Both the position numbers and the translations under genes were made by a program. 64,000 nt of DNA from the human T2T-CHM13v2.0 reference genome, Homo sapiens: NCBI RefSeq assembly GCF_009914755.1, contig NC_060930.1, one strand, 5' to 3'. How positions within the stretch are numbered: the stretch's first letter is position 1; each line of letters starts with the position of its first letter. The notes below the pieces were generated by a model, which had not been told where the DNA came from, searched no databases, and worked only from the letters and a program-made list of their open reading frames with translations. Shown here one piece after another: positions 17,322-31,345 of this stretch.

Positions 17322-20174
17322 GTTGCGTATAAACAACATCTACCTAAGCCACTGGCTTCTAAATCTGTCTGGCCATGACTCTTAAATACATTTTATATCC
17401 CAGCCAAGTACACAGTCACCACCCACACATATCTATGTAGGTACGTGTATAAAACTGAAACCAGATTTCATGTAAGTTCTAGGAAATCATACTCACCCTT
17501 ACCATATGCAATAGACCAATATTTTCAATTCAGTTCATTCATTCCTATTCCATTCTGTTTCTTCGTCTTCCTTTGCATTTTAAATGCTGGCTTCAGCCCA
17601 CAAAACTGATTTCTCAACCCACTAATGCATCCCAAGCCACAGTTCAGAAAACACTGTGTTCTCCATGCCAAGACTCATTATAGCTCCTCTCTGAGACTTT
17701 ACAAAGCAAAGAGAGACAGAAAGACACCCTCTGTAGAGGCAAGTAGCTTCCTGGACCAGCAGGAAGAGATGTGAGCATGAGATGTAAAGAGAACAGAGCT
17801 CAGTGAGCACCAAACCGTACAGAACCAGAGCAGGTGATGGCAAAGGCAAGACTCCATCCCTTTCAAACAGGTTTCTCCTCGCCAAACCGCTGAAGGCATG
17901 TTTTCCAGGTAGCCTCTTGTTTCAAATGGTGCCCAGCGACTGTCTTGGCCCCACACCTGTTCTCAAGTTTGTTCTTGAGTCTCTGTGGAACCCTCGGCCA
18001 GTTGCACTTCTGCCCAGGGCTCTGGGCTAGTCCTGAAAAGTCCAGCTTCACAGAGTCCTAGTGGCTTCACCTCCTGACACTCCAGAGCCAACGAGTTGAC
18101 CCTTACAGAGATCTCTGTCCAAACGAGGGAGTTAGTCAGAAAAGAGAGTTCTGTCTCAGCAGTGGAAAAGGGATTCGTATGGCTTCATTCTGACTCAAAG
18201 CAGCAATCCTGTTCCAGAAAGGCTGGCAGAGGGCTTTGTTCTTAGAGATGTACCCAGCCCATGAGTCTGGACACAGATGTTCTTTGTTATTCTATGAAAC
18301 CATACGGCTTTTTACGCGTTCTTTTTCTTCCCTGGGTTAAATTACAATGGCATCGTCTCACTTCTTTTAATGGGCCATGCCTAACATCTGTGTGATGAAA
18401 ATGCTTATTTGTGGGCTTGTGGAGCTTGAATAGCATCCAGGCTGCCGGGGACTTGCTGCCCCATGTAGGAGGGAGAGAGGCAGGGCACTGCTGGAGTGCA
18501 AATCAGGTCAATTCATGGAGCACAGGAAATTAGCGATGCAATGGGTGTTTAGAGGAAGAGAATTCTGACTTAACTCTCCTGGAATATGGTTTGACCTGGA
18601 CTCCTTTGCCTCCTCTAGAACTTGCATATAATTTTTAGATGATGTTTATAGGGTTTTGTTTTTCATATTATAAGTCCAACACATGCTTAGAAAAGAAACA
18701 AATCACTCATAATCCTAATACTCAGAATAAACCACTATTATTTTGATATTTTTTCCTCCCAGTCATTTTTGTCCCAGATATGTTTGTGTATGTAAACTTG
18801 ATATATATTTTTGTCATTAAACTTTATATAAGTTTATATGCAATTTTGAAAATCTGTCTTTTAAATTTACCATTATGTTAATACATTGAAGGGCAAACAT
18901 CTCTTTTATAACATCTCTCCCATCCTATCACTCTATGCACCTTTACTGCTTCTAAATGCCTAAATGCCACCTCTCCATGTAAAGACAGCTTTGCTTCTGT
19001 CTCTCCACCATGAGACAGCCTTCAAACAGGAAGAAATCAGGACACTAAGGTTCTCTGAAGCCATGCTCTAGACCCACCAGAGGCTAACGGGAGAGAATGA
19101 CATGGCATTCGAACTGAGCCTTTGTGTGACCTTGAAGAGTGTTCAGCGCAGCGGTAAGTGGGGCTGCTTCAGGGTTTCACCTGGGCCAGATAATGGGCAT
19201 GAGATCAGTTCCTTCTGTGTTTCTAGGAACTGAGGGCCTGGAACTGCCTTGAAAGCCAGTGCAAAGCAATCTCCTCCTGCAGAAAGGGCGGTCTTGTGAT
19301 CGGAGCCACGGGATAGGGACATCTCTCTCTCCTGTTACCAGAAGGACCCGGCTGTAGAGCCCACACTAGAAAAGGCCATTTGCAGAGAGAAAAAGGAACA
19401 GACATTCAGAACGGGCCACAGTCTGCACACAGGAACCTGCCTGATGGGAAACATGGGGACTGGATGAGGATGCAGCAAGCCTACTGAGGATTCCTTCCCA
19501 GAATGGCATCCGCCAAGAGCCTGTGTTTTCTGCTAATGCTGACGTCGGGCGCAGTGTCTTCCTGCCTCTTAAGTCTCCTCCACAACTGCATCCCCTGGGC
19601 CCCACCAGCCCCAGTCTACACCCTTCTGACTCAATAAATGCTAATATTTAACCAGGAGATAAGGGCCTTGGTCTGCTTGACACGTTAGTTTTGTTTTTTA
19701 AGACAGATATCTTTCAAGAAAGCATATTTCTGACTGTATCAACCATCTAACACCACTGATAATATCTGATGCTGTAGGCTACGAAGTGACAGAGTTAAAT
19801 ACTTTGATCTTCCAATCCCCCTTCCGTCTTTGCACAATCATTTCCTTCTTTGTGCTAAATATTAACTGGGTCAGATGGATCATTCTGATCTGTGTCACTC
19901 AGTAGAGATTCAAGTCCCGCCTTCAGATGGAAAGTCCAAAGAAGCCAAGATGAATCTCAAGTTCAATTATAAATAACCAGCAAAAAAGGGAAAGGAAATG
20001 AGATCAAACTTAAGTCATTTTCTTCAGGACAATTTTCTCTTCTTTCTTTTTCATTGTGTACAATTTCACATCATGAGAACTTCTGTTGCAAATCAGATCC
20101 AGTTCTGCCTTTGAAAGAGGCATCAAAATACAGCTCATGGGAAGAAGCGGCGTCTCACCTATGAGGATGAACTT

Positions 20175-20242
20175 GAGGACCAGCTGGTGGCTGAGGAGGG
20201 AGGGTTGCTTGAGTACAGGAGTCCAAGATCAGCCTGGGCAAC
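20175..20242 (+). mobile_element. Partial Alu/FLAM fragment
   Basis: 'ggctgaggagggagggttgcttgagtacaggagtccaagatcagcctgggcaac'. Confidence 0.7.
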
Positions 20243-20271
20243 GTGGCTGAGAATTTAGTGCATTGTTCTTC

Positions 20272-21081
20272 TTCTTTTTAATAGATAGTCTCCCTCTGTC
20301 ACCCAGACTGGAGTGCAGTGGCGCCATCATAACTCACTGCAGCCTTGAACTCCTAGGCTCAAGCGATGCTCCCACCTCAGCCTCCTGTGCCGCTCCCCAC
20401 CCCAAGATGCCTAAACTTCGGTGGGCATGAGTCACAGGGGGAGCTCCCCAAAATCTACAATTCTGCCAGGTTCCCACCCTTAGATGCTCAGTCCAGAAGA
20501 ACTTCAGGTGATCCTATTGAAAATGAGTGGGGCCCAGTCTTTGAGAAACACTTTGGCAAATCAGAGCAGAAAACCACTGCCTTTAGCAGCCCATTAGCCT
20601 CAGTGAGGACAAAAAGGGGGTTGAGATGTGGAGACATATAGGCAGTAATACAGACCTCTCATTTAAGAAGTTTGTGGGCCAGCCACGGTGGCTCATGCCT
20701 GTAATCCCAGCACTTTGGGAGGACGAGATGGGAGAATCATGAGGTCAGGAGTTCGAGACCAGACTGGCCAACATGGTGAAACCCCGTCTCCCTCTGTTGC
20801 CCAGGCTGGAGCGCAGTGGTGCAATCATAGCTCACTGCAGCCTTGAATTCCTGGGCCCAAGCTATGCTCCCACCTGAGTGGATCCCACCCCAAGATGCTC
20901 AGTCCAGAAAACTACAGGCATGCACCACCATGCCCAGCTAATTAAAAAAAAAATTTTTTTTTTAGAGATAGGATCTTGCTATGTTGCCCAGACTGATTGC
21001 CAACTCCTGGACTCAAGCAATCCTCTCAACCTCAGCCTCCCAAAGCACTGAGATTGCAGGTGTGAGCCTCCATACCTAGCC
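20272..21081 (-). mobile_element. Composite rearranged Alu: AluJ pieces, an AluS left arm in opposite orientation at 20677-20790, and a non-Alu insert
   Basis: Whole block flanked by TAGTGCATTGTTCTT (~20257 and ~21083); internal duplication described under findings. Confidence 0.8.
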
Positions 21082-21403
21082 CTAGTGCATTGTTCTTGAT
21101 GTTTATTTTGTATTATATATAATATGTGTGTGCATATATATATATATATAATTTCATAAATGTATATTTTTCTTCCAGAAAATTCGGGCAATAGGGATAA
21201 GCAGAAAGGGGGAAAAAGGCACTGGTAGTCCTCCCACTCAAAGACTTAGCTCCAAGAGTGCCTGACAGCTCCTGCTTCCCAGCAGTCACACCCTTGTGTT
21301 GTGACCCACATGGGGTCAGGGATGGCTGATGGTATATGATGAAAGTGACCAAAGGTGACTTCTGAGGCTAGATCATGAATGACACTGCAGCTTCCACCTA
21401 TAA

Positions 21404-21995
21404 CCAGGGTTTTCAACAGCAGTGCTGTTAACACTGAACACTTTGGACCAGATAGTTATTTATCGTGGGGGCTGTTCTGCACATTGTAAGACGTTTAGCC
21501 GCATACCTGGCCTACCCATCAGATGTCAGTAGCACCCTTTGCTCAATAGTAAACATAAAATTATGTCTCCAGGCTTTGCCAAATGTCCTCAGGATGAGGG
21601 AGTGTAAGAGTCCATTCTCACACTACTATAAAGAAATACCTGGGACTGGGTAATTTATAAGAAAAGAGGTTCACTTGGCCCATAGTTCTGCAGGCACAGG
21701 AACAGGGAGCGTGGCAGCATCTGCTTCTGGGGGCCTCAGGGAGCTGTTACTCATGGCGGACAGCAAAGCGGAAGCAGGCACCAAACATGGCAAAAGCAGG
21801 AGCGAGACAGCCGAAGACGCCACACACTTTTAAGCCAGATCTCATGAGAACTCACTATCATGAGCAGGGCCCCAAAGGATGGTGCTAAACCAGTCACGAG
21901 AAATTCACCAGGATGACAATTTGTCATGAGATTTGGACGTGCACACAGATCCAAACCATATTAGGGGGCAAAACTGTTCTCAGCTGAGAACCACA
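21404..21995. mobile_element. MER20 hAT DNA transposon, split by an MST LTR
   Basis: 'gggggctgttctgcacattgtaagacgtttagc..gatgtcagtagcaccc..tgtctccag..tgccaaatgtcc' resumes as 'gggggcaaaa..tgagaaccac'. Confidence 0.75.
21603..21963 (-). mobile_element. MSTA/MSTB MaLR LTR
   Basis: 'tataaagaaatacctgggactgggtaatttataagaaaagagg..catgagaactcactatcatgag..cacagatccaaaccata'. Confidence 0.85.
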
Positions 21996-23439
21996 GACCT
22001 AGACTCTTGGCTTGCTAGCTCGGGGGAAAACAGCCAGCATGCCATGTGGCACAAGCAGCACGGTGAAGAAGAGCACATGGAGAGGAGCTGAGGTCTCCAG
22101 ACAGCGGCTGGCACCCGCCGGCCGTCATCGTGAGGGTGTGGCCTGCAGAGTGGACCCTTTTGCCTCGCCAAGCCTCCAGGTAACCGCCAGCTTCATGAGA
22201 CACCCCAAGACACTCCCACATTCCTTGCCTGCGAAAACGTGAGGGATCATAAATAATGATTATGCTTTAGAAGCCACCAAGTTCGTGGGTAATTTGCTTA
22301 ATTGACTTCTTTGTTGAGTAATTACTCTTGTTTGAATACTGAGTCCAAATTCCTTTTCCTTCTTTGGAAACATTTCTCTAGGGTCTAGGTCAAAGAGTGA
22401 AAAATGGGATCAGCTGGATTGTGTGCTTATTACATAAAATCATCCTGTGGAATTAAATTATTTGTAACATTTCAATTAGTGGATGGAGAATACGTTGCAA
22501 ACACCAGCCGCTGAGGTGTATGGTGGAACAAGAGATGCCGGCCCTAGAGTGAGCCTCAACCACAGCGTTCTAAGTTTTGTGAACTGCGCTTCTGTCTCCA
22601 AAGCAACAAGATCATCATTTTTAGGAACCAACTCCTCTTTGCCTGGCCAGGTCCATAGATGAATTAATAATACATTTTAGAGGGTCTCAGCTCCTTGTTC
22701 AGCCACATGTAATGAGTAAACTGAGGAACAGTAGACTCAAGTGAATTATGCGAATTCGGATTGATTATACATGGGTCTGACCTTACCATTCACAAAACCA
22801 GATCTTGATGGTTGTTTCCCAACCAGGCTGAATGTGCTGCTCCTGCAGTGAGTCGTGTATTGAGATGGGAAGTCAACTTTGTCAATCCCTAGAGCAATTG
22901 GTTGGAGCCTGCTGCTGTGTCTGCTCCCACTGCTGTGGATTAAACTGTGGGGCCAGTTGGCCCTGACATTTTGGAAAGATAGCTTGGGGTCTTTGTTGTT
23001 GTGTTTAAAAAATATATATATCATTTGACGATGAAGTAAATTCCCTGCAACTCCCTTTATGGGCAACAATGAACAGAAAGGGGTTTTCAGCTTCGGTTTT
23101 TAATATTGTCAACAAAAAATTGTTATTTTATTCCTCACTGTTGTCAACAAATATGAAGATTATTCCATTAGCAAACTGTCTGCTGATTTTAGAATTACTG
23201 AAATCCGATTATCCAGTTCTACAGATAGAAATGTTATCCCAATGATTATCCTGAGAATTTATTATGGGAGAGAAAACCAGAAACTAGGGAGCAAAGAACT
23301 ATAGATTCTAATTTCCTTTGTTTGGTTTTAAAGTTCTACCAGCCAACAGATTTCCTCAAGTATTTATTTGAGGAAAAGGACAGAGAGGAAGGAAAGGGGA
23401 ATTTTTTAAAAAGTACTTTGGAATATCCTGGTATGAGCA

Positions 23440-23620
23440 GGGCACACTGCCAGATTCTTAGCTTATATTTTCTCATTTAGCCTTCACTAAGGAGGCAGTG
23501 GTCATTCTTCCCAGTTTCAGATGAGGAAACTGAGGCATTCATAGCTTCAGGAACCGTCCAGATTTCTTAATGATTGAAGCAGGATTTGCCTCTAGGTCTG
23601 CCTTATTCCTAACTGAGATG
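23440..23620 (-). mobile_element. MIR
   Basis: Core 'cagatgaggaaactgaggca'. Confidence 0.6.
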
Positions 23621-24595
23621 TTAAACCAAGCGGATGATGTTCCTTTCTGTATTATTTGAGCTCTTGACCGCAAACAACTGAAAACAACTCGGGCAAAGAT
23701 AAGCAGAAAGGAATTGACTGGAAAGAAGAGGGGTGGATGAGGAGTATTCAAGGATGTAAGTGTGGTTCATGGAATCAATAGAAGACTGAAGAACCAAGCT
23801 TGGGAACCAGCAGAGACGAGGGAGCTGTGAAACCCAATGACACAGCAACGACCTCCCCCAGGACTGTCTGTGCTTCTGAGAGTAACCTTGGCCCTTGCTC
23901 CCAGCCCTTGCCCAAAAGTCAGAGTGCAGATGGGCAAAATGAAGGGCCAGGCTCCGGGCTTATGCCCACTCCTGTGGATATATCCCTCCAGGAAGGAGGA
24001 TGGCCCGACCCCTTCTGCTTCTATCTTGGGAGATAGGCCTCTGAATTCACCCTCCCACCAAGACCTCTTATATATAGTAGGGGAAAAGTGGAGTCACTGT
24101 ACCAGGTGGTAAAACACAGCAAATGTCCATCAAGCTCTTGAAATCTAAATGTCTTCTTTATGAAAAAACTGCAGAGGTGCAATGTAAGCTTGACAAGTCT
24201 ACCTGGGATTAGATGTGTGTTCCTGCCTAGAAGGGACTGTGTCTGTCTTGGTATCCCCCAGATTTTGGTTCAGGGTGAATGTCCCAATACAAATTCTCTG
24301 AATCAAGAAATGAATTTTGCCCACTGTGTCTCTAACTACTTCATTCACTGACAGTCCACTTACAGTTCTGGGCAAATCAGACATACTTAGCTCTCTTTAC
24401 AGAGTTAAAATAATATAAACAGGGAGGAAGAAAACTCCCTAGTGTTCTCAGGCAGGGTTATGACCAAATGCATTTAGTGCATAAGCAAGAAAGCTCCAGA
24501 TCACCCTATGGGTCACACTTTCCTTCAGAAATTTTGCAAATTATGTTTCTGTTTGTTTGTTTGTTTGCTTAAGGATAATGTATCATCAAGATTAA

Positions 24596-24891
<296 letters not shown>

Positions 24892-26599
24892 AAGATTAAA
24901 TAATTTTTAAAACAATACATTCCTCACCATTTTTCATATTACCTTCAACTTTTTCCAGTACTTCAATATTTAGCATAGTTATAAGCAGAGAATACCTACT
25001 TCTTATGTATTTTTTCATAAAAGTGTATAAAGTCTTGTGTTCCAAAATAGATTTCATAATTATAACTTTAATGATGGCATAATATTCCATGATCTTGATG
25101 TACCATCATTTACTAAACCATTTCCTTACTGTTGGACATCTGTTCTGTATGAATCAGGCTTTTAATAAGATATGACTTGAGAGAAGATCTAGAATATTGT
25201 CAACAGATGGCTTATGAAAGTGCCTTTGATATTATAGTACATCTATTTATGATTCTGTAGTAAATAAAATGTTAACTAGGACTGCTCCCAAATTGGGCAG
25301 TGATGTGGGTGGTGCACATACACACAGAATTTAAGGCACCTAGGGTGAGATATGAAATTCAACAGGATGAAATTCAAAATGTAAGTGAGAGAAAAAAGGC
25401 CGAATAGAGCCAGATACGCAGATAAAGATATTTTACTCAGTATCGTGTTAGAAATGCCGTGCTTCAGGAATTTAAGACTGCTGGATCCATCGTTCTATTT
25501 AGCTTTGAAATCTTGGTGTTTGAATGTGCTGTCCACATTTTATATCCTTTATACTGCTAGTCTTTCTCAGTTTCTCCCTAAGATTATTTTAAGTTCATAT
25601 TCTGAAATTATAGGGATGAAAGGCAGGAAGGGAAAGTAGTGTGATAAGGGATTTTCCCCAGTTAGTTACAGAAAAAAAGAAATAGGGAATCGCAGGAGCA
25701 GATTTTGACTTATGGGATGGTGAAGGTACATGAAGCAGCTTGAAAAGGAATAGGAAAAAGGAAAGAACGATTTCTGTAGGCTGTGTTATTAGAAAGGAAT
25801 AAAAGAGCTACATCTGCTACTTACACTTCATGCCAGACACATTCTCTGAGGCGTTGGGACTACATCTTGGCTCTTCAGGGCTAAAGTCTTCTTTTCCTAA
25901 GAACCAGATCTGCACCCCCGCCCACTGTTTCCAGTAAAGCAATGGGGCAAATCCCATCTCCCTGGAACGTTCTGTTCCAGCAGCTGGAGTGACGAACTGC
26001 GGAATATCATTCACACGGAGTTGGCTCTGATAAGAACAAATGTTTCTTGGTTTATGGTCCCTCTCTTTGCTGATGATCCTGCTTGACTTTGCGTCCACTC
26101 TGAAAATTTGCCCAAGCTTTTATACGACGAGAAGGTACTATCTGCTAGAAAACATGTTTTGTAGAGCACTTTATTCTGAAACAGCCAGTGGCAGTTCATG
26201 CAACCATACAAAACCCAAGTCCCGGCTCCACGCAGGGCCATGCTGGGTCCTCATCCTAGGTCCTTTTAAATGTCTCTTGGAGAACATTTCTCTAATAGGA
26301 AATGCATACTTATTTCTCAGGGCTTTATCTGCACTGTTTAAATGACAGTTCTCTTCAACCACTACATTAAGAAAGTGATCAAATTCTATCATGCAAATGA
26401 ATATACTTAATTATGTGGAAGTATATTTTAGTTACATATCAGTAATTACTCTAATAACAAATCAATAAGCTAGTAGATTTCCAAATAGGTTTTAAGATTT
26501 CTAAGGGGCAGACTGAAGGTGATTAAGTTCTCTTTACTAACATATATATACATCATGATATTATAATAGTGGTAAGTGTAAAATTGACCTAATTTCTGT

Positions 26600-26790
26600 G
26601 ATTCATTTATTACTCAACAGATATTTGGGTATTTTTACTGAAATATATTTTGGTATTTGTTATGCCAGGCACTGTTCCAGGCAGGGAGATCTAGCAGGAT
26701 GTAAAGGGCGGGGCCCTGCTCTCATGGAGCTCACGGTCTCGTGCAGGAAGATGGCTAATAAGTAAATGAGACATGATCAAGGTAATTATA
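26600..26790. mobile_element. L2 3' fragment
   Basis: 'attcatttattactcaacagatatt..tatgccaggcactgttccaggc..ccctgctctcatggagctcac'. Confidence 0.6.
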
Positions 26791-27029
26791 TATGTTTGCA
26801 TTAAAACATCTTTTAATAGAGATTTAACATTATTTCATCTGGTCGTCTCAAAAACCCTGGAAGGTAGATTAAGAAGAGGTTACCAATGTATAGAAAAGTT
26901 GTAAGAACAGTACAAAAAGCTCTCTTTCCCCTTCACCTAGACTTCCCAATTGTTAATATTGTTTTCAACTGTGTAGTTAGTTGTTCATAATTGTTAATAA
27001 CACTACATTGCTTCATCACCCTCTCTCTA

Positions 27030-27143
27030 CATATACATATATATCAAATATATGTGTGTCAGTGTATGTATATATGTGTGTGTGTGTGTGTGTGTGTATA
27101 GTCAGGATATGTCACCTATCTCAAGCAATAGGTTGTGTATATA

Positions 27144-27202
<59 letters not shown>

Positions 27203-27232
27203 TGACATATATTGGCTATATATATCCTGACA
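27030..27232. repeat. Compound (TG)n/(TA)n microsatellite; pure (TA) of about 24 units at 27150-27197
   Basis: Directly visible. Confidence 0.95.
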
Positions 27233-27239
27233 TTGTGCC

Positions 27240-27548
27240 TGGCTGGGTTATAAACAACAGAAATGTGTTTCTCACAGTTCTGGAGGCTGGAAGTCCAAGA
27301 TCAAGGTGTCAGCAGGTTCGGTGTCTTGTGAGGGCTTGCCTTCTTCTTCATAGACAGCACCTTCTCCCTGTGTCCTTATGTGGAGGAAGGGGCAAATGAG
27401 CTCCTTCAGGCCTCTTGTGTAAGGGCACTAATCCCATGCATGAGGGCTCCACTCACCTCCCAAAGGCCCCACCTCCTAATACCATCACCTTGGTGATTAG
27501 GTTTCAACAGATGACTTTTTGGGAGACACAACCTTTAGACCATAGCAG
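27240..27548 (-). mobile_element. MLT1A-type MaLR LTR
   Basis: 'tataaacaacagaaat..tctcacagttctggaggctggaagtccaagatcaagg..cctcccaaaggccccacctcctaataccatc'. Confidence 0.85.
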
Positions 27549-28870
27549 TGCCCTCATCCCTAAATATCCCACTGTGTACCTCCTAAAAACAAGGGCACTC
27601 TTTGTCACCCCAAAACAAGACTTTCCAAGTCAGGAAATGAACACGGATACAGCACAGCCATCCAATCCACAGACCTGGTGCAAATTCCATCAAGGGCCCA
27701 CCAGCCTTTTCTGTGCAGGCTCTGAGACAGCACAGCTTGCACTGAGCTTCTGGTCGCCTCAGTCTGTTCCCATATGGAACAGCCGCAAGTCTTTTTCTGC
27801 CTCTGTGCCATTGGTACAGGAGCACAGGTCCTTCATCCCTGGGCTGAGACCCCTCTGGCACTCAAGGCTGTAATGTCACCGAGGAGATGCTGTGTCCTTC
27901 TTAGTGCATCAAACCAGGAGGCGCATGGTGCCACCTGTCCTACCTGAGATGGTCTCACCTTGATCATGCAGTCCAGCTGTGTCTGCTGCTTCCCCCTTGC
28001 ACTTGATAGTGGTTTGTAGGAAGGTAGTTCAATGTTTTGCCAACATCCTGTTTCTCATCAAACCTCCACCCACCAGGGACACCCACATGGATCAACAACT
28101 ACTGTTACTGTTGCCTAAGAGTGATTATCTTTCCATCGTTCCCTCTACATTTACTAGTTGGCATTCTACTGTAAGGAAAAGCTTTTCCTACTCCTCATTT
28201 GTTTATTTATTGAATTACTTATGTTTTTATGAGTATGGATTCGTGGATTCCTATCTCATACAATGTATTGTAATCCAATTATTTATTTTGATGCCGAAAT
28301 CATTCTAAAATCGGCCTGTGAGAGCCCCCTGGAGCCCCCAGTTAAAGGGCCTAGTTAGGGCAGGCTCATCCTGGGAATTCTCCCTTTTGATTGACTCCAA
28401 GTAAACTGATTAGGGACTTTAATTATACCTGCAAAATCCCTTTATCCTTCCCTTATAACTAACGTAATTACAGGAGTGAAATGCCTGCCTCTTTTTGATA
28501 TATCCCCATTATTCTTATTATTCTTGGGTGCTTCTTTGCTATCTGGCACAAAAATACGTTCCCAGATTCTCTTGGACTTTCCTCACCCCTGTGCTGGAAT
28601 CGGCCATTTCTCCAACCAAGGCCTGAGTGCTGGCTGCGCTTGTGCCTGCCAGGCTGTCATTGCTTCTAGGCCCTTCCAGCTGACAGAGATAGCAGGTATG
28701 TGCATGTATATATGTGCACACACAGATATAAACATACATAAATATACATACATGCACATACATCTATAACAATTATCTAACTCTGGGTATATGTAAGATA
28801 CAGATATGCATCTCATGAATTTATAACTCTAGGTCTAATTTCATTTCGATACCTCAAGGTTTTCTCCAGT
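27549..28870 (-). mobile_element. L1MC-type 3' region; an upstream piece lies at ~26885-26965
   Basis: 'ctacatttactagttggcattctactgtaaggaaaagc' and 'ctggaatcggccatttctccaa'. Confidence 0.65.
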
Positions 28871-29641
28871 CTCCTCCATTCCTCAGCCTTATGTGACAAA
28901 GAGGGTGAAGAGTCCTGGGGAAGCGGGAGGCGCCTGTCTAGAGGGGTTGGTTAGGGAGGGCCCCCCTGAGGAGCTGAGTCTCAGTGAGGAGATACAGTGC
29001 TGAGGAGACACAGTGCAGAGGATTCCAGGCAGAGGAGCAGCAAGCACAAAGCATCGGGAGCCACAGCAGGGTCAGGGTGGCCGTTGTTTGCTGAGCAGGC
29101 CGAGAGTCTGCTGGTTATGCCTGGCGAGGTGAGAAGGCACTGGGGGATTTCAAGGAAGGGTGTGACATGATGTGCTTTGTATTTTAAGCCATCACCCCGG
29201 CTACCATGCCGAGAATCGATTGTGGAAGGACAGGGATGAAGGGGAGCACAGTGCACGCTTGCCCTTGTAAGCCATGGACTCACTCACCCCACATCCAGCT
29301 CCCGAAACTGGTGTGGCTGGTCATGTCGACAGCGCTTACCCACTCGCTTACTTCTGCTCCGGGCGGGGCCTGTTAGGTGATGTGAAGGATGTGGCTTCAC
29401 AGGGACACGAAGTCCACCCTCCCTCTCCTAGCCTCTGTGTCAGTCCTTGCGTGATTAGTAACAAACAACTGTGAGCACCTCAGAGATGTTCGACGCTTGA
29501 AAAGTTGGGTTCTGGGGGAGATCCCTGGGATGGAGGTGACGGTCCCGCCTCTGATCAGAGGACCGCGGCTCCCTGGATGGATCTCATCCCCACACCCGGC
29601 ACTCCAGTTTGATCCTGGCATTTTATAGGTGCAGAAACTGA

Positions 29642-30192
<551 letters not shown>

Positions 30193-30479
30193 TTAACCCA
30201 TGTCTTTGTCCCCTACGAGAGGAGAATGTGTTTTGTAGGACGCAGCTCTGATTTCCCCGGGGCTCTTCCACTGGCTCACCTCAGTTTGATATTAATTTAG
30301 TCAAATACAACAAGGTCACCTGCACCTTGTCCCCCACACAGTGCTTTCCCTCCGTGGATGGATACCTTTGGCCTCTTTCCCCTGTGCAGAGCAGCTGCCA
30401 AGGCGCACTGGCTACATGGACGATACCTGCCTATACTGCAGCAGATGCTACACACACACACCTCCGTGACTACCAGGGC

Positions 30480-31080
30480 TACAGTCATCTTCTACTGCTG
30501 TCTAACAAACGACCACAAACTTAGCCACTTCCAGCAATCCGGACTTCCTAACTCACAGTTCCCACGGGCCAGGGATCCAAGCACACATCAGTGGGGTCTC
30601 CCGCAGGGTCTCACCAGGCTCAAATCGTCATGCTGCCCAGGGCTGCAGTCCTCTCTGAGGCACAGACTCCCCTTCCAAGCTCACTGGCTGTTGGTAGAAT
30701 TCAGGTCCTTGTGGTTGGAGGATGCAGGATCTGAGCTCCTGGGGCAACCTGCTGCTCCCTGCCCGGTGGCCCTCTCCATAACATGCAAATCTTTGGGGAC
30801 AAGGGAGGGGGTTTCTGCTGCTTCAAATCTCTCCTCAGGAAGCCCCCAGGTAAGGGGCCTAGTTAGGGCAGGCTCACCCTGGGAAATCTCCCTTTTGCTT
30901 AACTCCAAGTTAACTGATTAGGGACCTTCATTATACCTGCAAAATCCCTTTATCTTTCCCTAATAAGTAACCTAATCACAGGAGTGAAATACCGTCAAGT
31001 CCTGTCCACACTCAAGGGGAGATTCTCGAGAACATGCTCCAGGAGAAGGACTCGCAGGGTCATCTTAGAGTTTGCCTAAT
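30480..31080 (-). mobile_element. MLT1E-like MaLR LTR
   Basis: 'ctgctgtctaacaaacgaccacaaacttag', 'agggtctcaccaggct' and 'ttggtagaattcaggtccttgtgg'. Confidence 0.7.
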
Positions 31081-31104
31081 TGAGTTACAGATTCCCACTA
31101 CCTT

Positions 31105-31345
31105 ACTTTTTAAGTTTTTAAAACATCATGTTAAAATACACAGGACATAAAATTTGCCACCTTTAACCATTTGGAAGTGGACGGTTCAGTGGCACTGAGT
31201 ACATTCACGGTGTCGTGCAGCCACCACCACCATTTCTCTCCAGGACTTTTTCATCTTTCCAGATGGAAACTCTGTACCCGTTAAACACCAACTCCCATTC
31301 CCTCACCCCTGGTGAACCCCCAGCCCCAGTTTCTTGTGCACTTGT
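31105..31345 (-). mobile_element. L1MB 3' end fragment
   Basis: 'cataaaatttgccacctttaaccatt..gtacattcac..cagccaccaccaccat..aaactctgtacccgttaaaca'. Confidence 0.75.

Larger units (their letters stand above)
21280..22300 (+). mobile_element. MLT1F-like LTR interrupted by MER20 and an MST LTR
   Basis: 5' piece 'gtgacttctgaggctagatcat..gcagcttccacct'; 3' piece 'cacatggagaggagctgagg..aagccaccaagttcgtgggtaatttg'. Confidence 0.6.

Noticed and set aside
30358-30921. 187-aa ORF
   Set aside because: Lies mostly in an antisense MLT1 LTR; no coding signature.
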